Positions 39,100-54,100 of a stretch of DNA of 64,000 bases are shown here, piece after piece (position 1 is the first letter of the stretch; each line of letters opens with the position of its first letter). Position numbers and translations under genes: made by a program. The DNA lies in NCBI GenBank assembly GCA_900088475.1, contig FLMG01003519.1, positions 1-64,000 of the forward strand. The letters run 5' to 3'. This DNA is from Hyphochytrium catenoides. Its lineage: Eukaryota > Protista > Hyphochytriomycota. The notes under the pieces are model-generated. The model was not told the DNA's origin. It did no database searches and saw nothing but the letters and a program-made list of their open reading frames with translations.

Positions 39100-40621
39100 C
39101 AGACAGGAAGTAAAATAACCTTACCAGTCCAACTGTAAGAATGGTTAGCTGCATCTTCTGAGCCATCAGGCTGCACTGAACCATCATATTAGGCTACTAC
39201 GAGGTGTAGCAAGCATTACTTGAAGGTAATAGAGGTTCATCCCGGCCTGCGCCTCCGACAGCATCTACTTGGCTGCAGCATGGCATCATATATCTACCTC
39301 TTTGCAAGGAAGAGAGGATGGGGTCTTTTTTCCTGGAGTCTTCCTATCCAACGCTAATGAACACGCAGCATCGAGTTCCCTGCAATGGACTTTAGACGGA
39401 AGATGATGATAGTGATGCACATCTGCAGCGACTGTTACTGCTAGAGCTTTACGAGGGATCCTGAGGGCGCAGGTCTTACAACGGGTGGAACTAGGAAGTC
39501 TGAGTTTCAGGTAAGTTCCTTCAGCGCCGAGATCTCTCTGAAGCTCCACAGATCATCATGCTGGCGGGCAACTCTCTGCTGCTTCAAGCTGGCTTCATTG
39601 AACATCATCTTCGGTAGTGTATGCAAAGCCTTTCTCTATGGGCTGATGATTGAGAGTCAGTCCCCTGACCGCTTTCCACACTTTAGACTAGATCCTCACT
39701 TCTCGTGATGGAAACATTTCAAGCAATCGACCATGGAACTTTGTTTCTTTCATACGGAGTATATACAGGAGAGAACACCAGTAATTTAGAATATAGTGGG
39801 CTTGGCGAGTACTGTAGTTTTTACCCAATCAGTGGATAATACAGATAGATAGGGAAGTTAAGGCTATCCAGGATAGCAAACTTGCAAAACCTTCTTCACA
39901 ATAATGTCAGGAAATCTACAGGTCAGCTGGTCTAAGAAGGAGGGAGATACACTCCCTACATCCACTGTAGAACTGACTCTCATCAGAGTCAATAGTTGGG
40001 CCTTCTGGTGTCCGTCCGATAACCCTCGAGGAAGATGCAGGTTGGGACGTGTGATGTGAGGAGAGGGCGGAGAGAGGAAGGAAGAAAAGTTGCCATCTTC
40101 GTAAGGCCTTCATTACGAGTAGAACCTCCTCCTGGTCAAATCTCTTCTGACTTGCTCGTTGAGGCCTCCCTAGGATGGCCTGTGGCAGAGTTTGGATTGT
40201 TATTATTGCTGTTGCTAACCGTTTCCCTGAGCCGCTAACCGCTAGAGAGTGCACCTGTAGAAGCCTGGAGGAGAAAGGTAAAGGTGCATCATGGGCACCC
40301 GAAAGGGCACACTCCTCACGCCTGATGATGGAGCAGTAGGATAATATAAAAGCAAGCTAAGACGCACATTCAATAAGTTTTAGGGCTATCTGGAACTCCG
40401 AGCTGCCTCTCTCTCTTGTCTCTTATAAAAAGACCTGACCACCGCGTTTGATCCATAAGCTACGACTATTACGCATTCCTTCTGATCACCTTTTCCTTCT
40501 CTTGCTCGCCTCCTGTAAGTCTTTCTCCTTTCTCCAAGGCTGCTTGATGATGACATAACGTGTCGAGGGATTGCGCAACCAAAGCACACTTCGAACGTGG
40601 CCTAAGACACGCTCAAGAACA

Positions 40622-41690
40622 ATGATGGCCACAAGGAAACAGAACGTAAGTCCAACGCCTTGACTCTCATGTCTGCTAAGTTTGCACCGGTAAGTGGTAT
40701 GAACAAAGGGGACTCATGATCCCTCTCCTCAGTCGAGTGGCAGGCCTTCTGGAGGGCACTGTGAGCTTGATCCTTGCGAACATAATAATCCTGTGGCGGA
40801 TGGCGTTGGTCCGGAGCTGAATGCAGAAACAGCGACAGACAACCAAAAGTCGCAGGAGTCTGGGGTTCCTGCATGCCTCTCACAGCTCAGGTACATACCA
40901 AGATGGAATTGGTGGATATCGGCCCCTCAAAACACTGCGCAGGCGGGCATTGCAGGATTTAAGGGCTGAGCGTGACCATTGGCTCCAGAAAGAGAAAGAT
41001 CTGGCCAAGTTAGTGAGTGCTTTTTTATATGACGGTGACCTCAAGAAGGTATGCGAGTCACGGCGTCGGGCCTCGAGCTCTCAAACCTCACTTGGTGACA
41101 GAGTCAAAATGTAGGGTGCGGAGCTTCAGGCAATGTTCAGCGGAAGGCTATCCTCTAGCAATTCCAAGGTAGACACAACAGGGCTAACGTTCTCCCAGCG
41201 CTTATAGTACTCATTCTAGTGCTCCATAGGACAAAATTGCAGAAGCCGAGAAGGTTATTCAGCACTTAGAGCAGCACTTGAGTGCATCATCAGACATCAG
41301 AAATGCAGAGAAATCAACGACGGTTGGCCCCAGGGACATCGACAGGAATAGCACGGTGGGATCGGACCGCTGCCAAGGGTGTTCCCACATGCATAAGCAA
41401 CTGAAGGCAGAGCAGCTGGCGAAGCTGCAACTGATCCGAGAGAACGCGATGTTAGCTGATCACATTGCTGACTTAGAAAAGCTGGTAGGTACCCGAGATG
41501 CGAGATTTGCATGACTAGCCCTGATCCTTATCTATGCAGCTCGAGTCCTAAGAGTCTCAAGTCAGACTCCTCAGTCACAGTAAGTTAGATTCCCCTTACT
41601 CAAAAGTAGATACCTTTTCTTGACACCCAGGAGATTGGAAGAGCAGCACGACCCTCTTCAAGAGTTTCAAATGATTATCATTGAGGTAGC
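40622..41690 (+). CDS. Hypothetical coiled-coil protein (exon structure uncertain)
   Basis: Exon-like segments DLRAERDHWLQKEKDLAKL, DKIAEAEKVIQHLEQHL and KQLKAEQLAKLQLIRENAMLADHIADLEKL, flanked by GT/AG sites. Confidence 0.4.
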
Positions 41691-42215
41691 GCTGAGCCTA
41701 AGGTTTCGATATGAGGACTGGGGAAAAAGCCACATTGCGAGCCAGTCTCACCTTCTCTAAATCATCATGTGTTACCGCTCCGCTACATATAAAGGGCAGC
41801 AAAAGGGTTGGTGCCTCAGGGTGTCATAGTCCCGATATAATAAGCCTCCTACCTTATGATCCGCATGACCAGGTCGATGTGCTGCTTTAACATGTGGTTG
41901 TCTGGTTCAAGCCAGTAAGCTGAACGCAGAAGCCCCAACGCACAGCTCTGGGTATCATTGTGCTCTAAGTGGAAACGTTGACGCTTTAGGCTGGACGCCC
42001 CCAGATAGCACAGAGCTGACTAATCTCAATATGAGCTACATGTGACAAGATTTCACGTAGACCGACGAAGAGCGGCGAAGATCGTACCTTATAAAAGGCT
42101 AGTGTATGATTGGGAAACCTTCATGGTAGACAAAAGAGGATGGAGTTAGCAGTTCCCTCAAAAGCGCAAACCGGCGCAATGCAATCACCGATTGAGTAGT
42201 TCCAGGAACGTCTCC

Positions 42216-43000
42216 CTAGCCTTCAGAATCTGAAGCAAGAGGTCTCTTAGCACTAGCAAGGACTTTGCAGCGACAAGCTGGCCAAGTTATGCTTACATCA
42301 TCCTCGCCCACAGCGGCCTCAGCTTCCTCATAGAGGTAGACGGCTAGTTCAACCTCCTCTGCTGTCAACCTTTGGCCGCGTCTACTTACAGGTCTAAATT
42401 TAGAGTGATGGAAGACCGTTGTACGAGAACTAGATGAGTACCTGTTAAGTAGTCTACGTGCCGCCTTCACGAGCTCGAAGCGGTCAGGGTTATAATCATA
42501 GGTAAAGCTGCTGCTAAACTGTGATAAAGTCCTCAGTCAACCTAATTCAGACAAGACTGGGTACGTAGCTCACCAACTCTGCTCTGGGTAGCGCCAGAAG
42601 GGGGAATGGCCTCCAGTCAGGGTCTTCGCGGACTAGCTTCTCAACCTGGAAGATGTCAGAAGATTCTTCATCAGTGCCTAACATCAATTAGGCCAACCTG
42701 CTCTGATGCCGACTCATCTAATATTCGCGATGGATAGAGACTTGGCGCACTGTTGTGCGCTGGATTTGTAACTATCTGCCTGCAGAAAGCGACAGCTTCA
42801 CACAGAGTTCAAAAGTTCCACCTTAAGAACTAATGGCATATTACCGAAGCTTCAAAATCCGAACCCTGCGGTCCTCAGCCACGCTTCCTGATTCCTCCAC
42901 CTTCGTCGATGGCCGGGTACCGACATCAATCTCCTCAACCTGACTGGAGCCACCAGCTGTCGCTTGCGGAAGCTTTAGGGTCCCCAGGGACCTCATAGCG
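42216..43000 (-). CDS. Hypothetical multi-exon protein (5' end unresolved)
   Basis: Phase-compatible exons ..LDESASEQ|VEKLVREDPDWRPFPFWRYPEQSC|SSFTYDYNPDRFELVKAARR...; no family recognised. Confidence 0.3.
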
Positions 43001-43969
43001 ATGCCTGAAGGAAGGTCTTCTACATGTAAATAGCTGTTGAGTACGTTTAGCGATCACGGGCAAGAACAGAGGAGGGTCCTCATCGTAAAGGAACAAGCGC
43101 TTGGTAGCTACTAACGAGTGCTCGAGGTTGCTTCCCAGCTTCAGAGTTCATTGCAGGCGTCGCAAGAGCTGAGTACTGCTGCCGATGGCCGGTCGGCTTG
43201 GTATGATGACGGAGGCAAAGAGAACGCAGAGGTAGCGGAGGACGCTGCCGTCATCTTGTCTCTTCGTTTCGCATTGACTCTGGTTTACCCACCTTCAACA
43301 TCGTATCATCTCTTTTGCTACGAACTGTTGTTGTACAACCACCATAGTCTCCCAAGATAGCCGCTTTTTACAACTCTTTGCACGTATAAGGCCCCCTTCC
43401 GATCCCAGTTATGATGTTGCCCAAGCAGTGAGTGTAACTTGAGGTGACCTCCTCCATCATCTGTCAGGCAGGTTCAATCCTTCGCATCTTCTTCATAGTA
43501 GTGTAGGCCTACTTCTTCTTCTCCTTATTGCGTCATTGTCCTCTCTTCGTCAAGCTAATAATGTGTTCTGGTGGTCGTTGCACCAGTCCCTCGTCAACCA
43601 AGATAACGATATAATGCAACAACGCCTTCTTGTCACCGCCCACTACCAACAGCTACCTACTACTGGGAATCGCGGTTCTCACTCATAATAACTACTTAGA
43701 GTTGTCCCTGTACCCCCAGAGAACCTAGACAGGCCCATGCATTCTTCCTCGAGCGCTGAACAGACGCAGAAGTGCACAAGCGACTATTGTATTATCCGCT
43801 ATCTGGCGGATTGGGGCGATGTTTCCAGCTAAGTCTTGTTGGAACCACGGTTGTGTACAGCAGCTTTTCAATGCAGTATTCTTACTCATCGGTACAATAA
43901 TAACCGGCTGGTTATGGCACCAAATCTCCGCATACGTCGGTCCGGGGGAGGGAGGTACAGTGAGGAACC

Positions 43970-44890
<921 letters not shown>

Positions 44891-45681
44891 CACAGCTAAG
44901 ATTGCCAACCCTAGTTGGTGAGTGCCCTACTTTTCAGGAGCTTGTGATATGCTTTCTTGGCCCTTGGATACAAGCAATAAGCTTGCCCTAAAATAAAGCA
45001 AAAGCCGTTTACAGACAGATACTCCAGGAGGCCCGTAATAATAACACGCAAGATCCTCCTGTGGCCTTCAATAAGAACCCGACGCAATCCTATCTGGTAA
45101 CGGCTAGCCTTAGATTGTCTGTTCTTCGTTCACTGTGTGCCTTTTCAATAGTAGAACTAATCTCTTTCTCACCAAACGAAGAAAAAGAGCTTTCCAGTTC
45201 TGCAGGTGGTACACAGAGCTCCTCCCTTAATAACAGCCGGCCGCTCTGAACAAGTGTCCAGTGGAATGGTGTTGCAAGCAGTTTCCTTGATCTGATTCTT
45301 CACCGTGCTCAAGATGAAAGGCTGCCGGTAGTGTCTGGGCAGCCATTGCCTCTTATTTCGTCCTAGTAGCAGCACCAGGGTTCAAAATAATAATGGCTAT
45401 GCCTCTAGTAGTGAAGCACCTATTGATAGAGGCAACAATATCTTCAAACGCCTAGTAGCTCCAGCAGCATAAAGTTCAGTCCTGGGGTCCATATTAGCTG
45501 TTGCTTGTAGTAGGCACTGTGCCTCTCTTTGGTTTGCCCTCAGTACCTGAGCCGACTGAACCTTGAACAACCATCGTATGCCGCTCTTCCATCTGTGTCA
45601 CTACTCATGTGGCCAACGCTTATTACAAAGAAACACTTGTATGGATTACTCTATGACGTTACGTTATGGCTACAAGGGCTA

Positions 45682-46518
45682 TTATGATATACAGCACGAG
45701 CGGACTATCTGGTCAAGACGAAACTCCTTAGCTAACTCCTCTTCCATCAGCGAGAAATCGACGTCTTCGAATCTCATGTATGATCTCTTTGAGAAGAATC
45801 GCCCGTAATCATACTCGTTTACCGTAGGTTCACCGCGAACAGCGATCTCGTAGTATCGGAGTTGGTCGAAGAATCCGTGGTTCACTGACGCCTCTGGTCT
45901 CTTCTCCTTTACAATACTCAGAGCCTCCCTCAGGCTGAACCTGGCGGGATGGGTAAGGTACGCGATGGCAGCTGTTGGGGACCTCGAGATCCCCTGCTCG
46001 CAGTGTATGAAGACTCGGCCACCGCTGGCTTCAGCCTCGTCGATAAAATATGCAATTTGAGGCATATGCGCTATAATAGCGACATCCTCGGGAACATCCT
46101 CGGATGGGACACGCAAATACTTGAGCGACGCAATGCAAGCACTTGATGCCTTCGTAGGCGAATAAGACGTTGTTGCCATTTCAATAGGCTCATCGTTCTC
46201 TGGGGAGAAGTTACATTCAGCTCCATTTACCGTCAGGACTGTTCCCTTCTCTAGTAAAGTCCTGCTTGCTTCGAAGAAGTTTGGGACCCTCGTGGTCACG
46301 TTAAGCACATGTGAGATACCAAGTTGCCGCAAGAGCTCCCCATCCTTTGCATGGTGTTTTGTTCCCACATATATGCTATCTGTTATCTTCGATGGAGGAA
46401 GTTCACAGGCTCTGTCGCTTCCCATACTGCTGCTGCTTGTTGCGGCTTCTTGCTCTTCTTCGTCGTCTTCGTCGCCCTCGTCAGGGAGTTCAAGAGTTCC
46501 ACTGAACCCTCCGCCCAT
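45682..46518 (-). CDS. Dual-specificity protein phosphatase
   Basis: PSKITDSIYVG, LGISHVLNVT, VFIHCEQGISRSPTAAIAYL (HCX5R), VNHGFFDQL. Confidence 0.9.
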   Translation of the reverse strand: MGGGFSGTLELPDEGDEDDEEEQEAATSSSSMGSDRACELPPSKITDSIYVGTKHHAKDGELLRQLGISHVLNVTTRVPNFFEASRTLLEKGTVLTVNGAECNFSPENDEPIEMATTSYSPTKASSACIASLKYLRVPSEDVPEDVAIIAHMPQIAYFIDEAEASGGRVFIHCEQGISRSPTAAIAYLTHPARFSLREALSIVKEKRPEASVNHGFFDQLRYYEIAVRGEPTVNEYDYGRFFSKRSYMRFEDVDFSLMEEELAKEFRLDQIVRSCCIS

Positions 46519-47198
46519 GATCTCATAAGCTAAGCAGAGCTCACTGCGTGATCTCGCTGTCCCTGGAACGGGTCTTTTATCGCCATTTTCAGACTGGTTC
46601 GGTCATGGGTTGTGGTCATCATCAGCAACAAGATTTCTATAGGATTATAGGTCACTGCCAAGGCACCCAACAACAGCAACAACGTCTCTGTCTTACTTTT
46701 TTGGCTCTATCAGCTTCACTTTGGCCGAGGATATCGGGAGCCATACATCACTGGGGTAAAGACTTGAGCTTTAATCACTGTGTTCAGCTTGAGATCCCAA
46801 GGTAGGTCTCTGTCGCAGTTTATTCTGTCTCCCTTGCTTGGTGGATGGTTGAGATGATGATGGCCAACAGCAACAGAAAGAGAACACTGGGAGACAGAGA
46901 CACGACGAAAAGTGAAGGCACAGTTTCTTATCCCTTGACATACAGCCGGTTACGGCTAGTGATCCTGGGGAAGCTCTGTAAATAGTTCCAGCAGCAGAGC
47001 TTCATGTTCCTTGCCATCTTGGTTCCAAGGATTATTTGACCGTGCCGTGTTCTCTCCAAAAGGAAGACTGCAGACTGCAGATCTGCATTATCCGGTCTGT
47101 TAGCTTCAGCTCAAACACACTCTTTAAGCCGCTTGACCCACTGACTGCGGTGGAAAGCATGCCTCAGAGCCTGCGCGAAGAAGCGCCACCTCTAGATT

Positions 47199-48000
47199 AT
47201 GGGGAACTCGGCTAGTGCCCCCACCGACAACCAGCATAGAGTCGACAGGAGGCGTGCGGAACCATCGAGGTGTGATCCGATGCCGTTATCCACTTGCTGT
47301 ATATGGCCACACTTACCCTAATGCTGCCCGCCCGCCTCTAGTTATGAAGACCATTCATTACCTGCCAATCCCTTTTCATGTGAGTAATCCTTTGGGGTTT
47401 AGTCACTGTTCTTCGGCACTTGAAAGCCGTTTTGTTGTGACTTACAGCTAACTCGACGGTCTTGAAAATGTAGCTCGGAGCCTCTTTAGCGCACCACGAC
47501 ATGAAGGCCCAGTCTCGAGAAATGCAGTTTACGATGGAGAATTGGGGGTCGGTAGTCTGGAGGGACGTGTGCCGCAGCCCCGGCATGTATCCCTCGAAGG
47601 ACCCTCCACGAGGCTAGAAAACAATGGACTGGAGCCGGGGATTAAGCTTCTACAAGTGCCTTACAGTACGATGATGGCGGTTGAAACTCAAGCCAACACC
47701 GCCAAGGGAGTAGCAGTTTTGCCTTGTCATCTCTACAGGCCTTCAACAAATTCAACTCCAGATCGGGCCGCTTCCGGAAATGGTGATGGGTACAATCAAT
47801 GCGTCATATGTCTAGGACGTTTTAAGGAGGGAGACCGCTTATGCCGGATGCCGTGTCTGCATACTTTCCATCAGGCTTGCTTATTGCAATGGCTCTCTCG
47901 CCACTCTGCTTGTCCACTTTGCAACAATGAAGTCCAGAAACTGCTGCAGGAAGAAGAGCGGTTAACCCAGCCGCCTAACTCATCCGCAGGTGTATCCTAG
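47199..48000 (+). CDS. RING-H2 E3 ligase with a predicted N-myristoylation start (MGNSAS)
   Basis: CVICLGRFKEGDRLCRMPCLHTFHQACLLQWLSRHSACPLC; two phase-compatible introns link back to ATG GGG AAC TCG GCT AGT at 47199. Confidence 0.8.
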
Positions 48001-48141
48001 CGGACTGACTAACCGTCGGCTGGCGCTCTCTATACGTCTCTCTCGTTCTTCCTGTTCAATAACACCTTGTAAGATAGCTATTTTATTCAGTTGGGGGCTG
48101 CTTTTATAAATTAATACTTGGAAAAGGATGAGGAGCAAATG

Positions 48142-51100
48142 CTACCCAGACTCTCCTTTCTCATCAGTGATTTTCTTCATCACCTTTGTCTGAGACACTT
48201 GCTTCTCCCACAAATCAAGCGTGAGATCTTCTAGTGCGCTATCCTCGGCACCTTTGAAGTAGAAACGGTCGTGATGCATCCTCTGTAACGTTGGGTCAGG
48301 AGCTGCTAGCTGAGCAGCTCCGCCGGTCTTCTCCAGTGCTTCAATCGTCTGAGCTAATCGATACATCTTGGAGATGTACTTCCTCATGCGAAGAGTGCAA
48401 GGTATATGTGGCATCAGACTCTTGCCTGACAGAACCATTTCATTGCCTTCTCGAATCATATCTCGACCTTGAGATAGCCTTGCCTGATTCTCACTTATGA
48501 GCTTTTGTAGAGCCTTGGCCTGTGTCATCCCTAACACTGAGACATCAATGTAATAGACTCCGTTATTATATGCGGGAATCGTGTTCAGGGCTTTTTGGGC
48601 TTCATCGATTACTTCTTCTCCCTTCATAACTAGCAGTTTGCCTTCTTCAATTAGCTTTTGGCCTGACAGTAGACATAGATGAGAAATTGAGATCTTCGAC
48701 CACCCACAGAGAACCGGTACAACCGACAAAACTTCCCACCTTTGCTGCCATCTTTAGAAAGGTGAACTAGCCCTCGTGTCCTGGCCTCAAAGACCCATTT
48801 TCCGATTCCAAGAATGACATGGAAGTTCTCAAAACCCGGTGGTAGCCGCCGAGCGTTGCGGTACAGCCTTCGTGCTAGATTCTGAGACTGATAGAGAGCT
48901 TGCCGAACGTCCGCTGTCCGCATCCGCAACATGTGTGCAAAGTGTACGTCTGAGATCTACGGAGGAAAGTGCGAGTCTTTAGTAAAAGCTTTGCAGTGGC
49001 TTGGACCTGACAGTATAGATAGGTCGGACAGGACTTTTTAAAATTTAGGGGTAGCATATCGAGAAAGTAAGCCCACTAGCCATTGCCGAGGTAACCGCTG
49101 ACAAGGGTTGTCAAGGAGGAGAATTAGGAAGAGAAGCCATTGCCCAAATTTCATCGAACCTTTGATTGATAGTCAACTCCGTCCTCCCAGTTCTCGGCGG
49201 ACACTGCACTGCTGGAAGACCCCTCACTGCTGCTGCTGTAGACTGTGGTAGTCTCATCTCCTTCTTTGCTAGCCTTTCCTCCTGATATTCCTCTCTCCTT
49301 CTGTTGCATGGTCCAGCAGCTTTGAAGAATGTTACCGTGAAAGGAACGGCGGATAATGACGCCCAAAGCGCTAATAGCGTATGCACTTTCCCAGGTGCTG
49401 AAACCAATTACGGCGTCAGAGCTTGGGTCATCGCCAAACACTTGGTACGTGCCGTCTCTTGGTGCCTGAGAAGGGTGAAGGTAATGATACAAACGTTAGG
49501 CCACATAAACAGCTGATTGGCACAGAGTTTGTGCCAATTAACTACTGATTGAAAAAGCCATGACTTAAGTTCCTTTCGGGGTAACAACAGGAATCGGGAC
49601 CGCCACGTATCGCTCTTAATTCTTGCTTCGCCTGCCACAACTCTCTGCTTTGTATAGCTCTTCTGTTCACCAGTTCTCACTGACCTGACCAAACCACTGA
49701 CTCTGGTGACCTCCGTCTGTCATAAATCGGATGCCAACCGGCGTTCCATCTAGGCAAACGTCTACTCGCACCACGATCTCTAACTCAGGAGCCTCAAATC
49801 GGTGCTCAGTGCCGTAAGCCCGGCCTTAACGAAAGGATGAAGCAGTGGATTTATTGTCGGAGATAGCTATTGAGTGAGTAGTGTAACTTCAGCTTACCAG
49901 CCAAGAAACCTTTGAATTGACATCCACCAGCTCTGTACCAGCACTGAATACCCTCCAATCGCTCCTTGAAGAAAAGGGAGACAGCGGTCAAATGAGCTAC
50001 CGGACTGGGATCCACATCCTCCCGATAGTCTCCTTCAGTTCTGCCACAGGGCGGAAGCTTAAGTAGCTGGAGACATAGTAGAACGTGTGCGTTAGGAGCT
50101 GGCTGAGAAGGAGGCATATATACCCAGTACGTGGGGTACGACCTTGTACATTGGAGCGAAGCGCTCCTCAAATGCCGTAAAAAGTAGTCTTCTTTCTAGC
50201 CTCAACCTCTCGCCAACCTCCTCTCCCCATCGTTCAAGCAGATTCTTCATTGTAGGGTGGCGCCGATTTAATCTCTGTCTGTAGGCCGCCCTCCATCGTG
50301 AGAACTTTGAGATTCTAGAGGAATAGAGACCCCGATCGAAGAAGACAACAGCATCGGAGAGTAGAGAGAGATCATGCGATAACCGTTTATCCATAAAAGC
50401 ACGCACAGCATGCCTCTCTGTAATCGTGTATTGAGGCTTCAGGTGCAACTTTAGCGCATAAAAGATCCGCTGAAGAACGCGAAGCTTAGCCCTGACGTAG
50501 AAGTGTTAGTCTATCATTTTGCCTATCCGGCGTTCTCGGATGTGATCCCTCTCATAATGGATTTGCCGTGCTCTAACATTTGCTATGTCAGTTTTTCCCA
50601 CCTCCTTCTGCAGTATTTAATCCTTATAATTCGTTCTCGAGCTCTGGCTTTTTGATTACCTTGTCCTGTTGGTCTCAATTATTTTGCGTCTGATCCTCTT
50701 TCTCTGGCACGTCTCCACCCATCGAAGGAAGATCCCCTTCTCATCTTGTCCTAAGCTCTGATATGTGGCTTCCACACCCTGAGGCCGAGTGTCTGTCTTG
50801 AGATAGCCGCTAAAGAGCCCTAACAGGTACTGCCAGACGAGGTGGGAAGAGTTGTGTCACGGGATGATTGGGAATTGGATAAGGGTCAACGATATAAGGT
50901 GTTGAGCAAAGGAAGAATGATACGCGGAACCTCAACTTCATCTACTCTTACCCTTCTTCTCCTAAGCTCTTTAGGCAAGTTGGGCGAGGCATACTTATGC
51001 CTCTCTTTAACCCAGAGCAGCCAGCGAGAGAAGATACCCCACTTTTGCTTTAGGGTGTGAAAGAGAGGCATTCCACGTAGGAGGTATCTATGGCGGGCGC

Positions 51101-54100
51101 AAATCTTGAGCCAGTGCCGTAGCTGAGCCCGGTTCCTAAGAGGGATAGAACTGTTTGCAGAGGAGAGAGGTAGAGATTGGTTGAGTAGCGAGTTCGTACG
51201 CGGAGGTGAAGCATGTAGTTTGAACGGGAAGTTTGTGACCAGCGATGTCGAAAAGAATGAGAGACAGACACGAACGCCTATGGCTAGAATTCCTCCGCTC
51301 CCTTCTCCGCCGTTCCCTAAAGTCTTAACTTTTGGCACCCTATTTGCCGAACGTCTCCGTGCCCCAGTCCTATATAACCTTTCGTTGACTCCATCCTTTA
51401 AAGAATCTTAACTTTGTTCTCACCCTTGGTTTGCACTTACTATTTTGTCTCTATAATGTAGAATCTCCAAGCCCTGAGGACAGCTTTCAGGGTTCTCTCC
51501 TTACACTGCTCCTGCAGGCCTTGAAATACTTTATCCATCGCGTCATGCAGTACAACGGCGCGGTTTACGTAGAGCTGTGTGACGAAAGCGGATGAAGATC
51601 AGACAGTGATCTAAGGTTAGGACCAAGTTGAAGATTGAGGTTCACGGCCGACTAAGGCACTGGATAAGTACGTTGACAGGCGCGCGACCCAGCCAACCCA
51701 GGGCAAGGATCGATAGGTATAAAATACGAACAGGGACGCCTTGGAAAAAGCAAATAACGGAGACGAAAGGCTATGCGAAGCAGGAGTGAACCCTTACTCT
51801 TTTGCCCACATCTTGAACAGCTCGCACTGTGCTCTGCGTGTTCTGCTCCTTTGCTTGGAGCAGAGTTGTTTCTGCCTGAAGAACTTGTTCGCGTTCTTTC
51901 TGCTGTAAGCCCAGACGGAGCTGTAGGTGCTCCCCTTCTCCCTTAACGGCCTGGACCTGCTCCTTTGCTTGTTGTGTCTGTTCTCTAACCTTTGTTGTTC
52001 CTACGGAGAGATTATCGGAGATGTGATCAAGGAAGGAGACCCACACACAGAAGATAGGCAAGGCGTTTCATATTAGAGCTAACCGCCCAATCAGGTAGAA
52101 GCCATAAAAAGAAAAAGATGAAAGAATCGAGTCTTTAAGGTACTGAGCGAGGTAGGAGCAACCCTGGAAGCAGAATGACCACCGGCAGTCCCACGGAATC
52201 CTTGGCGGCTGACTGAGTGGACACTAGAAAGTGCAAAGGTCTTGGTTACCTTCTCGACGCCAGCGCTCATCCATCTGCCATTCCTCCAGGTGCCTCTGCT
52301 TGGAATCGATAGAGGACTCTCCTCCTTGTTGCCTGATAATCTTGACCTTGTATTGTTGTCGTACGGTAGACGGATCGGCGCTAAAGGGCTTCAGGGTCTT
52401 TGTAAAAGAAATTGACGATGACGAATGATTAGTGTTTAGAAACTGAGCCTCTGGGGAATAAGAGTGCCGAGAAACACGAAGATGGAAGAGGAAGACTCTG
52501 TATCTTGCTCTGTAAATAGCTAGCAAACTTCTCACTCTTTTTGTTTTTGAGATCTTGGACCAATGGCTGAAGAACTCCCTGGAGGCTTTCTTTCGCCAAT
52601 AGGTATCAGCTTTCTTTCGATTTCTTCGCCTCACTACATTGTCCCTCATGCCTTGGAATAGACTGAGCGCAATGCGTACAATTCTCGCTCTCTAGTTGGG
52701 AAAGACGATAGAATTATCGAAGGTTAGGGTTAGAGACAGACATTCAGATGTGTTGAATAGAGGTGTACAAGAAACCTAGGAAAGCTCTGGTCAAGACGAT
52801 CTCCCAGGCGATGGTGGACTCTGAAAGGGGATACTAAGAAAGGGGCCAGCTGGAGTAGGCACCTTACCGTGAAGCGAATTATAAACTTCTGGACTTTTGT
52901 ATAGAGCTTGTGCACGGCTAAGAAGGAAGCTTGCGAGGAAAGACCTCTCTCTGGCCACCAAAACTTTTCCATTGCTGGCTGGATTAGAGGCACCGGTTGG
53001 CGGTAGAAAATCTCCTTCAAGTGAGTTTTGGATATCCGCGCACAGTTCTTGCGGCAGTCCAAAAGATATCTGCATGGGCAGTGAGAAATCAACATAAGTC
53101 CGACAGCCTGCAACCGCGTCTGCAGCGTCCCAGATCTTTGTGTTGATTGAGTTATATAAGGCTTCCCTCCCGAAGGGTATCAACTGGTATACTGGATACT
53201 TCTCTACCCCCTCCTGCTCAGTGACGCCTGGATAGAGTCTTTCGATTGGCATCCAGTTTGTTGGCACTCTTTATCACCATCTCCAGTGCGCTATCTTCTC
53301 TCTCCTCCTTCAACCCTCTTCTTCCTCTCATAGTCGTTGCACCTCATACCTCAGATTATAAAAGATTTCGGAGCAAATGCGCAAATAGTTCTTCTGAGTG
53401 TACTGATTCCACGCCTACATTTATAAGCCGTAAATGACGTCAGATACGGCTGGCGAACAAGTTGTCAATACGAGAACAAGGTAGTACTTAGGCGATCAGA
53501 GCTATTGACGCCGCCTCTCAAGCCAAGTGGAGATCAAGTTTCATAAATATGGAGCTGGAAGGACTACCAAATCGACCAATGAGTGAGTCAAGAGCCAGGC
53601 GCAGAGGGCCTAAAGGATAGGCGCCGGAGGTGAGGCTAGATAATAAACACCTACCTTCTTAGAAGCCACGGACTGTATGGCCCTGCGCCGCCAGACCACA
53701 AGGAATATCTTCAGCTGATGCCTCCGCACAACAGTATGATAGAACTTCTTTGCACGATTCTTTTTCTCAATCTGTAGCACGTGCATAGGTCCCATAAGCG
53801 TGAGATGCGCGCTTCGGGAAGTCGAGGGACGTGAACAAGGACTCACCTTCCTCATCAGCACGACCCGCATCGCCCTGAAGTGTCGCAGAAGCTGGTACGT
53901 GTTCCAGAGTCTGACGGCGAACTTCGCCTTTCTCCGAACACGAACGGCGAAGTTTGCTTCCCTTCGCCATACATGAAACGGCCAGAAAAGGGAGCGGAAC
54001 AGGAAACGCTTCCGAAGGACGTACTGGGAACAGCAGAGGACAGACTTTGTTAGACCCTGGGGCTTACGCCTAGAAAGTGGTGCCAACCACCGCTTGAACG

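Noticed and set aside
43430-43490. ggttcaatcc T-loop-like string (tRNA?)
   Set aside because: No acceptor, D or anticodon stems could be formed.
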